Part shown: piece after piece, positions 23,903 through 33,794 of the stretch
Layout of the letters: every line of letters begins with the position of its first letter
How positions within the stretch are numbered: position 1 is the first letter of the stretch
Assembly (NCBI GenBank): GCA_032718475.1
Contig: JAUCBJ010004106.1
Location: 1-38,412 of the forward strand
From: Nemertoderma westbladi
Lineage: Eukaryota > Animalia > Xenacoelomorpha
Reading direction: 5' to 3'
DNA length: 38,412 nucleotides
Notes under the pieces: model-generated
Told to the model about the DNA's origin: nothing
Database searches by the model: none
What the model saw: the letters and a program-made list of their open reading frames with translations, nothing else
Position numbers and translations under genes: made by a program

Positions 23903-26900
23903 CGTCCCTATTAAAACATAAGGCCCTAACTCAAAAAATCATGTTTTGAGAAAATCGACTTTTTTTACTATAAATTCATGGATCCTTGTAAGGCGCTGAA
24001 AATGCGATTTTTAGGCAAAAGAAATACAAGGAATTTGATTTTGCTATTAAAATCTGTCCGAAATGGACATTTGGAATGGAAATTTTAAAAAATATTAGTT
24101 AGGGCGTTTTGAAAAAACCAACTTTGGCAGATGTGTGTCAATTCAAAACGCCCTAACATTTCGCTGCACTGTATATATGTATTAAAGAGTGGAAAATACA
24201 GCGCGTTTTTGGTATATTGAAAAAATTTTCTCATGTCGTGTGTCTGTGTGTGTTTGGAACTGTCAATCACACTGCAGCCATGTCAGCACACATGTCTTGC
24301 AGCAGCCTTTATGTCTTGCCATTATTGAAAATTTTCGATTTCAATGCAACGTCACTCAAGTATTGATTTAACATCGATATGAATAAAAAACAACAAAGTA
24401 TAAAGTAGAGTAGAGTACAGAGGAAAGAACAAGAAAGAAACCGTTGATATTCATTAGTCCAAACTCGGATCTCCGCTATAACAATCTACTGTACTCGAGT
24501 CTATGAGAGATAAATGTTTCAGTTAGTCACCGTTTCATTCCTCATCTATGACCTCCTCCTCGTCGGTTTCATCTAGAGAGTCGCGAACCTCATCACCTGG
24601 TCTGAGAGCCAAGTATTCCCGATGAAAGATTTTAGGAATAACGCCATTCTTCACTAACTTCATTAAGTCATTATATTTGGCTCTGGATATGCAAGGCTTA
24701 AACTCAAAGGCTCGCTTTGGTAGATCTAGCAAATTAGACCGACGACCAAAACCACGTATGAACTTGACTTTCACCGGCTGGGAATTCGACGTATACTGTA
24801 TGTCCATTGTATCGCTGCCCCGAAGAAATAACACCCTTCGCATTTTCGACCACCTGACTCTTTCATTTGCCTCATCCACCATCATTAAAGGAAGAATGTC
24901 ATCTGCAGCTTCCATCCACTTCAGAACGTTCTTAGTTTCCAACACCTGAACCTCGTAAGGAACAGTAGCTTCATCTTGTCTAGAACCTAAGATAATCCCT
25001 GCCCACATGGATGGTGCCCAAACCATCATGTTGGAAACAGATCTCTCAATGGTGCTGTGGATCGAATCGACTGGCATATACGTGTGGCCAGGAACGAGAT
25101 AATTGAGCTCGATTGTTTCAATGTGATCGGAACGGATTAGTTGGTGATAAATCATGGCTAGGACTCCCCGATTTTTATTTTGCCCCCCACAACTGTCACA
25201 AAACAACTTTACATTCAGATTCGTTGGCAGATCGATGCTTCGTAAGTACTGATAAACACAACTAGCTGTTTCATTGGCTCCACGTCCTGCCTGCCACTCC
25301 CCCCAAAGGTAACATATACCACGATTCGAATTGCTTTCGTAGACAGACTGATTATACTGTGCCAGTTTCCTACTATAACCAGTTAACATAGAGTCACCAT
25401 GGGGTGTATTCAATACCTTTTGTAGGTCGAAACTAGCAACAATGTAATTATATTCGGCCTCCTTGGACTCACTTTGACATTTCAAGAAATAGTTATTCAC
25501 AGCATTCTTCTCTTCCACGTGAGCTTTGTATTCTTCCTCACTGTAATCACCACCAGTATCTTTTCGATGACAAATAACGCATTTATCCTTCTTGGGTTGG
25601 TGAAAACCAACGTTATAGTCACTTAGAAAAATCGATCGAAATGTCGATTTTGAGACCTTGTCTTTAAGCAACGTGTCTTTCTTTTAAATGCGATAAAGAT
25701 TGGTCAGGTTCTTGAAACGCTGAGGCAGGTACTTGCGGCGGGAATTATTTCGAACGTAGTGCGGCTCCATTATTGGCAGCTTATTTATGAATTTGTGAAC
25801 AGATGCTCTTATACCAGCTTTTCCCCGAGTGTTTCCACCACGTTTGTCTTTAGACGGAAGCTTAGCCTCAGTTCTGTGGCCCAACATCCACCTAACCTCC
25901 TTTTCACCAACACCCAATGTTCCCAGGAAGAATGCTCTGCATACCTGATCTTTTTGGCCATCTTTGAGCAAGAAATACCTCTTAGAACTTGATCTATGTT
26001 TCGTTATTACACTCGATGACTTCTGCTGTGTTCCACCTACACGAATCATGGAATTGAGAAAGTTATGGCGACCTTGCCTCTCATCTGTTTCCTTCCAGTA
26101 CAAGTCGAAATTATGCTGTCGATCTCCATCTGTCCATTTCCCAGAGCATCCATGGGGACACTTACATTGCACTTGCCTCATACTGCGAGCTGGTTTGACC
26201 TTCCCGGATTTCGTGGTATATGACAGACCCTTCTCTTGTAGGTTGTGCCTCTCTTTGCTGCTATATGGTTTGATTTTCCTGCCTTTCTTCATTGGATTGG
26301 GGGCTTCAATATAAGTCTCTGTAGGCTGCTCAACATCTGCAGAATCCTCACTCTAGCTACTTGGATAATAGTTTGGATCACTACTCGGATCTTGGGGTGC
26401 ACTTCCTAACTCACAATCCTGTGGTTGATAGCAGAAACCTGTATTAAATTTGCTACCATCTGTACCTGGATCTAGTGATGCTCGTAAATCATGTTCTCCA
26501 TCTTCGCCAATCTCACCTACAGCACGCACAACCCCAAGGTCTAAATATTGTAATCCACCCCATTGATCTATATCTTGAAAACCTCCCAATAAATCATCGT
26601 CCCGAAATCGACAGAATTGCAAATCCACGTCGTGGAATGCATCTGATATCCCCGCATCAACTTCAGTATCCTGCTGTACTTCAAACTGTATTTCCTGGGC
26701 TTCTCACAAGATTATATCCTGAAGCCCACTCCACAAGTTGACATCATGTGGGCCAAGAACATTATCACTGTCGCTGGAGATATCTAGGACACATAACATA
26801 GGATCCAGATCTGTTGTGATCTCTTCATCCTGTGCAGCCACATAAAGTCTTTCTGTGGCTGCATTGACGAAATTACCGTTTGGGGGTCTATATGCAGTGC

Positions 26901-27449
26901 TACAGTATGTATGATCTGACAGAAGCGCTACAGAATCTTTAGAGCACCCAGCTTTACTTTTCTTCTTCTCGTGTTGTTTGGCGTTGTAGCAGTAGGAGTC
27001 CACTCTACATTTCCTCAGCCTCTTTGGGTAAGTCTTTCTTGACGACATCGCGGATGTGAAATGAAAATGCCTAAATGCAGTATAGTAGTATCTGCAGTAT
27101 GGCGATTATGCATACAGCACACCATGCACGTAACACTACTTTAAATACCCCTCGTTGTTTTTGAAAGGCTTTCCTATGAATAATACTATTGGATTGGTTG
27201 TTAGGAGTGGATACTATGTAATGTCTATGGTAGATGGGAGTTAGGGCGTTATGAAAAAATATTGGCTGCCATTCGAACAGTGTAAATTGCGGAGTTAGGG
27301 CGTTATGCAAAGCTTAATATCTCGAGAATGGCTAATGCTATGGCTTTGAAAGTGCGATTTTCTGAAAGCACGTATGCGAATTACTTAGAATCGTCGATTT
27401 TCTCAAAACATGATTTTGTGAGTTAGGGCCTTATGTTTTAATACGGACG
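23903..27449 (-). mobile_element. Sola1-type DNA transposon (3547 bp)
   Basis: ~57-bp TIRs CGTCC(C/G)TATTAAAACATAAGGCCCTAACTCA... with 2 mismatches. 4-bp TSD AAAT at 23899-23902 and 27450-27453, matching the AWWT preference of Sola1. Subterminal TTAGGGCGTT repeats. Confidence 0.85.
24535..27048 (-). pseudogene. Sola1 DDD transposase, single frame with three in-frame stops
   Basis: Four track ORFs share one frame (2514 nt), with stops at 26704-26706, 26353-26355 and 25684-25686. Motifs VCRAFFLGTLGV, PKKDKCVIC, SFDLQ, CDSCGGQNKN and GHTYMPVDSIHSTIE. Confidence 0.87.
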
Positions 27450-27453
27450 AAAT

Positions 27454-28997
27454 GTAAGTTAACATTAATAAAAGATTACCAAACATATAGAGATTTTGAA
27501 GCATCTATTAGAGGAGGGGTTTCATTCTGTCGAAAGCATTACATAGAATCAAATATACCAGATACTGATAATTATGATCCAAGCAAGGAAGAGTGTCATA
27601 TTTTCAATATAGATTTTAATTCCTTGTATTCGGGAAATTTAAGTAAAAAGCTACCTGTTTCAGGTTTTGAACAAGTCAACGTTACATATTTAGAGAATGC
27701 TGCTCCAGAAGAACTGATAAAATATTTGACAAATCTTGATACTGAAGGTGATATTGGGTTTTTCTTAATTTGCGATTTGAAATATCCCAAAGATATTCAC
27801 GATCGTACATTAGAACTACCCTTAGCTCCAGAACATTTAAGTATAAATGAGACAATGCTTTCACCTTATATGAGGGAACAATATAATCATGTTTGTAAAC
27901 AAAGAGGTACTAATAGCAAGTATAAGATGTGTGCTCCAAAACTTATGTTGACACAATTCAATAAAGAATTCTATCATGTAAATTTAAAACTGTTAAAATT
28001 TTATATAAAACAAGGTTTAATTGTTACTAAGCTCCATAAATTATATTCTTTCCATCAAGACTTTGTGTTTAAACCCTATATAGATTTTAATATTAATCAA
28101 AGGCGTTTAACAAAAACGTATATTGAAACAGCTGTTGCGAAGCTTCTGAATAATTCGTTATTTGGAAAAACGATAGAGAAGATATGGGACCGATGCAACT
28201 TTCGTATCGCTAATAGTAAAGAGAAATGCGATTTATTGGTCAAACGTATAAATCACGAAAATATCATGATTTATAACGATTCCTTATCGGGACATTTATT
28301 AGTAAAAGACTCTGTAACTCTCGATAAACCGGTCTATGTAGGTAGTACTGTCTTGGACTTGGCTAAATTGGATATGTATCAGCTGTATTACGATAAATTG
28401 CTACCTATTGAGAAAGAATTAAACTGTCGAATTGAAATTGTAGCATCAGACACGGACTCTTTAATAGGTTGTTACTATAACACATCGCAGAGTAATTTCT
28501 TAAAAGCCTTAATTAAAAATAATATTTTAGATACATCCAATTACCCCAAGGATCACCCTCTCTACAGCGATAAAAATAAATCCAGGCTCTATTACTGTAA
28601 AGACGAACTAGCCTCACGTGAAATTAAACAAGCGGTATTTTTAAGACCAAAGTTATATTCAATTTTGGAATGGAATGATTCCAATATACGACGGGCGAAA
28701 GGAATAACAAGAGCTGTCGTGGATAAAAATATTTGTCACAAAGATTATTTGAGGGCATATTACGATAACGAAGAAATTTCCAAGGAAACGCACCAATTTC
28801 AGAGTAAATTACACAAAGTGTATACTATAGCACGAGATAAGTTTGCTCTCAGCGCATTTGATGATAAACTTTATTGGGTTAATAAAAATCATTCGCTTCC
28901 CTGGGGTCACTATCAAACAAAGGTCGAAAAACCCATGAAAAAAAACAATATACCAATTTATCGGGAACCAAACAATGAACTATCAGATAGTCAATAA
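27454..28997 (+). pseudogene. pPolB: Protein-primed family B DNA polymerase, 3' part (polymerase domain)
   Basis: Motifs SIRGGVS, DFNSLY, KLLNNSLFGKT, SDTDS, FLRPKLY and RAKGI. Joins 23902 in frame (ALKYNK-C-KLTLIKD). Confidence 0.95.
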
Positions 28998-29520
28998 GAA
29001 TGTAAGTTGCCAGCAAGTGTCAGCGATTAATTTGAAAGAATTAAAAAATCAATTATCTGGTAAACACATACTCAAACCAAATCAGTTTATATATAAGATA
29101 TTTGGTGCCACATTATTAATATTTAAAAATGGTCGTATTACATTATTAGGTAGTAAGTATAATTTCCAAAAAGTTAAAAAACATATATTTGATAAAACTA
29201 GTATTAATTTGATTTTAAAATCTGTTAATTTATGTACTTATATTTTTAGTATTAAGTCTGTAGTCTATAGGTTATTGATAAACAATACAGGGTTTTATGT
29301 TGTCTTTGATAATGTGCAACTTCAAGTTATATATGAACCTGAAATTTTTAATAATTGCAAAATAAGAATAAATAATACCGTAGTCATTTGCTGTTTTCAT
29401 ACCGGTAAATGTACTTTAATGTGTTCACCTAGCAAATTTCACATTTATTACCCTATATTTAGTAAACTTGTTAATTATTTATTAATGTTTGGTGTTGTGA
29501 CTTTAGCTGTTGGTGATTAG
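28975..29520 (+). CDS. TATA-binding-protein-like protein (181 aa)
   Basis: TBP repeat motifs INLKEL, ATLLIFKNGRITLLG, YEPEIF and CCFHTGKCTLM. Length is about that of a TBP core. Intronless and overlapping the pPolB stop. Confidence 0.75.
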   Translation: MNYQIVNKNVSCQQVSAINLKELKNQLSGKHILKPNQFIYKIFGATLLIFKNGRITLLGSKYNFQKVKKHIFDKTSINLILKSVNLCTYIFSIKSVVYRLLINNTGFYVVFDNVQLQVIYEPEIFNNCKIRINNTVVICCFHTGKCTLMCSPSKFHIYYPIFSKLVNYLLMFGVVTLAVGD

Positions 29521-29704
29521 AAGGTGAAAATTAAACATTATTATTTTTCAATCAATCAATCAATCGGTAGTTAGGGAAAACTAACCTCGTTTGAATAAGC
29601 ATGACTCTCACGGGTTGACTGCGTGCCTAGCTGCGTGGCTGGCTGCGTGCCGCGAGGCTGACTACATGACCGACCACGAGGCTGACTGCGAGGGTGACTA
29701 GACG

Positions 29705-30513
29705 GCTGCGAGGTGGACCGTTTCCCAGCAGTGTGGCTGACTGCGCGCACATCCGATTGTAACTGGCTCACGATATTGTATACATTGACTCAGTTTGTTA
29801 CTGCGGGTACTGTTACATTAATACTGTGGTACCGGTACCGTACTGCAGTACAATGCTAATCAAAAGAAATCAGCAGGCTCTATCTGACAATGCTGTTACA
29901 TCAAGAACAGCGACAGTACTGCAGTACTGTATTGTTTGGGTAGGTGAACTAATCCCTATATGTGAGAGCCACGCGTCCCTTCTAGGTTATGACAGCAGTA
30001 TGCTAATCAAGGTTCGGGTAGACAGCAGTATCCTTATAGGTGAAAAAAAAACAAATGTTATTACATCAGATTACTGCTGTACTGATAAAATGGATGACAG
30101 TTGTGGATAGGAGCTGCGAGGTTGACCACATCCCCCGCAGTGTGGCTGACTGCGTACACATCTGATTGTAACTGGCTCACGATATTGTATACATTGGCCT
30201 AGTTTGTTACTGCGGGTACTGTTACATTAATACTGTAGTACTGGTACTGCGGTACAATGCTAATCAAAGGAAATCAGTATGCTCTATCTGATTATGCTGT
30301 TACATCAAGAACAACGACAGTACTGCAGTACTGTATTGTTTGGATAGGTGATCTAATCCCTATATGAGAGACCCCTGCGTGTAATCCAGATCATGACAGC
30401 AGTATGCTATTGCTTCAGATTACTGCTGTACTGATACCAGTAGACTGTGACTACAGTGTTGGAAGAGTAAAACACTACCGGTACTGATAAAGCGGATGAC
30501 AGTTGTGGTTAGG
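29705..30513. repeat. Tandem duplication, ~408-bp unit, between convergent viral genes
   Basis: GCTGCGAGGT(G/T)GACC...GATTGTAACTGGCTCACGATATTGTATAC...GGATGACAGTTGTGG starts at 29705 and 30113. Short GGCTGACTGCG repeats precede it. Confidence 0.88.
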
Positions 30514-30879
30514 CTTATAATAAATTATTGAATTTATCAGTACCGGTACCAACAGGTTAACACTACATCCTATACAGTTTATGTTGCATTTCTGACTAAT
30601 ATTACTAGTCAACTACTGTATGTGTTATTAGTTTGCGATGTATAGGCTGTTTCGCAATACCAGTATATCTATATTAGAATGATATCGAGAATACTTACTG
30701 TACATGTTACGTCTACGTCATATTGTTAAATGTGCATGGTTAACCTACCGCAATTGACTCTTTTAGAGAACTTGTTGTAAAAAAAAAATTATATTTTATT
30801 ATATTTTTATATTAACATCAAGATCATCACCAAAATAAAATTATATTATATCCCATCACATTACATGCTTAGAGTAAAC

Positions 30880-31479
30880 CTACAGTACATCTTCCACCGC
30901 AGTTATTTCTTTCTGTTTATCATCATCATCAGTCGCAGTTAAACGCTTTCTCATGAAAAAATGTAGCACCTCATACCCTCCAACGCATTTTGCTGAGCAG
31001 TATCGCAGACAGTTATCCTTTGTGTTTAAGTGGAACGCACATTTACTTTCTACTGTAGTGAATCGGTCGTGAAATCGACAAGGCGTTAAATAATCGTGAT
31101 ATTGCTTATATATTCCCAATTTCTCCACCGAATTTGGCTCGAGAACATCGAGTTGGGAAACTAATATTGCCCGCTTCAGCAACCCAAATACATGAATATT
31201 TTTTTTATATTTTAAATGTCTCTTCATATATTTTTTAAAGTCATCTTGAGAAATGTCCCCATAGTCCCAGGGCAAGTGAGAAGTCATATCCCGTAAATTG
31301 TTTACGTGAGCTGCATCTAAAGCTGATAACTTAATATTAGATGGGCCTTTAATTAAAAACGTCTTTACATTAGTTTTGGTGTAATTAGAATCGAATATTG
31401 CAAATTCTTTAAATACTACCGGATACTCTTTATTGTCTATCTTATAATATTGAAAATCAACAAAAATTATATTATCCAT
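30880..31479 (-). CDS. DEDD/Maelstrom-like nuclease-fold protein with Cys/His zinc ligands (199 aa)
   Basis: IFVDFQ..FKEFA..HLPWDYGD..VFG..K..CRFH..CAFH..C; intact ORF. Confidence 0.6.
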   Translation of the reverse strand: MDNIIFVDFQYYKIDNKEYPVVFKEFAIFDSNYTKTNVKTFLIKGPSNIKLSALDAAHVNNLRDMTSHLPWDYGDISQDDFKKYMKRHLKYKKNIHVFGLLKRAILVSQLDVLEPNSVEKLGIYKQYHDYLTPCRFHDRFTTVESKCAFHLNTKDNCLRYCSAKCVGGYEVLHFFMRKRLTATDDDDKQKEITAVEDVL

Positions 31480-31514
31480 TTTATCTGATAAACAAAAGCA
31501 AGCTAAATGATTAA

Positions 31515-31967
31515 TTACAACGCATGTTGGTTTATTTTATAATAATTAACAAGCCATTTATATAATATTATTTCATTTATTTCCACATTATTTGTAAATG
31601 CTCTCATTGGATAGATTGTGTGAATACGATTTACCAAATAATACAGACAGTACAGACTGCATGTGGTCCTCCTTGGGTCTTGAAATTGTTTGCGAGTAGT
31701 ACGCCACCTTGCGGAATTTTTCTCAAGCCATTTTTCGATGCATCTGTTTGGATATTTTGGTCCAAACGAGTCAAATACTTCGGCCTCATTATCTCGTATA
31801 TATATCGCGATCCAATGAATCCCGGGCAGATGCTCTTTATCGGTATTTACTATCAAGCCATAATCCGGCCGCTTATTATTATCTAATTTAGGTAATTTAT
31901 TAGCTGGAAACGCGCCCAAATAGTGACCACCCACTGGAAACATATCAAGGTCCTCTGTAGATAACAT
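31515..31967 (-). CDS. Adenain-like cysteine (maturation) protease
   Basis: YLGAFP, IVNTD..PGIHWIA, FDSFG and QFQ..TCSLYC; the H-D-Q-C catalytic set is intact. Confidence 0.93.
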   Translation of the reverse strand: MLSTEDLDMFPVGGHYLGAFPANKLPKLDNNKRPDYGLIVNTDKEHLPGIHWIAIYIRDNEAEVFDSFGPKYPNRCIEKWLEKNSARWRTTRKQFQDPRRTTCSLYCLYYLVNRIHTIYPMRAFTNNVEINEIILYKWLVNYYKINQHAL

Positions 31968-31969
31968 AC

Positions 31970-32189
31970 TTAATCGATATGTATTTCTTTCCTGCTATTT
32001 AAACTTAATGATTGATCATAAATATTAAAAACGATTACATTTATGGTTTCAACCAACGGTTCGGCAAATCTTAATTTTAATTGGCCGTTAGTATATATCG
32101 ACGGTTGCGGATCTCTAACATAGCCGTCGGCGGTTAAGTCCCAGGATAGGATGGGGCAATTACCTAAGTAGGTTTCAAGGTCTATATTA
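31970..32189 (-). pseudogene. Major capsid protein (double jelly-roll), C-terminal segment
   Basis: My translation NIDLETYLGNCPILSWDLTADG...GQLKLRFAEPLVETINVIVFNIYDQSLSLNSRKEIHID* fits the Maverick MCP end (FDLTPD..L.F..L..N.IV). The stop lies 2 nt before the protease ATG. Confidence 0.8.
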
Positions 32190-32245
32190 CCCAGTCAAAA
32201 AGACACATGCGATCCACATGCGTATAGCATGCGGGATGCGGATTG

Positions 32246-32640
32246 GATGCGGAATTCAATTTTTTTGTAAATTTTAAAAAATGATATAATTCACGTTAAA
32301 ATCATGAATCTACCATAATTATTCAAATATAATGTCATTTATTATATTTTATTAATTTTGGGGCAATCTTGAAGTGCGGACTTGTGCATGCGATACGCAT
32401 GCGTATTCGATGCGGAATTAAATTTTTTTAGAAATTTTAAAAAATGATATAATTCACGTTAAAATCATGAATCTACCATAATTATTCAAATATAATGTCA
32501 TTTATTGCATTTTATTAATTTTGGGGAAATCTTGAAATGCGGACTTGTGCATGCATTTTGCGTATTGGATGCGGAATTCAATTTTTTATAAATTTTAAAA
32601 AGTGATATAATTCACCATAAAATACCTACCATAATTATTA
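32246..32640. repeat. Left subterminal tandem array, ~160-bp unit
   Basis: GATGCGGAATT at 32246, 32409 and 32568. Confidence 0.85.
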
Positions 32641-33794
32641 TTAAAAAATCATTTATTTTCTTTTATTACTTATCGTGTGATAGGCCATATCGTGATTAAG
32701 AACATACAGTAGCACTCAACAAACCTGCAACCTGTTGCCTCACATTATTCACATTTGCTTATGTTACTTGAGATACTGTCTGACTGTAGCTGCATATATT
32801 ATTATTCACTAGATAGAGCTGTAGAGGTATCTAAAATTATAATACTGTAATAAGCCTATCTGCCAATGAAAATTCAGGATTTTTAAATTAAGGATTTGGT
32901 TGTATTCTATACAAATCATGGTTTTGGCGGGAAAATCAGGCTGTCAGCTACTTAATCTCTAGCTTCTCCTAAGCTAGGTGCAATTTACGCAGTGCACAGT
33001 GTACCGGTACCGGTCAGCTGGTACTGCAGTAGGTCTACGCTAGGCCTACTGACTTAGCAGACAGGCAGAGACTGAGAGAGGTTGCCTGGTGTCTGGCTCT
33101 GGCTGCCTGGCAGGTGGCCGTGGCACGTGGCAGATAACTGAACTGTTAGGGTAACCAGGTTGGCTGCCTGCTGGCCTGTGCCTGCCGCTGCCGGGCCGGT
33201 CGGCTGTACGGTCAGATGGTGTGCTGTGCAGTGCAGTGCGGCGCCCGGCGCCGCATGCCGCAGTGACGTGACCGTGACTGCAGTGTCCTGGTGTGTGTGT
33301 ACAGTGTAGGCATATAACAGTATAAGCTACAGAGCTAGGGTTAAAAAAAACAGTGGCAATGTGTACCGTTTGGGTATTTAGTCTTATCGGCCATGTCGGC
33401 TGATCTGTGTTGCGAAACATGTGCATGTCATGTGCATGAAACATGGCCTCTTAAAGGACTGAAGGATACATGACCGAACGTAATCAGGATCGAATGTAAC
33501 ATAGGCCTAGTCTGCTAGTTATTACGTAAATACCAACCCCACCTAAATATTTTTTTTGGCTACCAGTACATTTAATTTAATTACCGGTGAATATAAAACA
33601 TAGGCCTATAGGCCTATACAGATATAATATTCGTATATCAGTATATTGTATATGTATGATCAGAGGGCCCCTGCCACCTGCCCTGCCAGCCTGCTGCAGT
33701 GCTGTGAGTCACGTTATTACATCTGTACATAATACTGTAATATAGGCATAATACAGTAATAATCTGATAGTAGTGTAGTAGGAATACTGGAAAT

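Noticed and set aside
24535-27048. Alternative genetic code or read-through explaining the in-frame stops
   Set aside because: All three stop types occur and neighbouring genes terminate normally, so ordinary decay is the simpler explanation.
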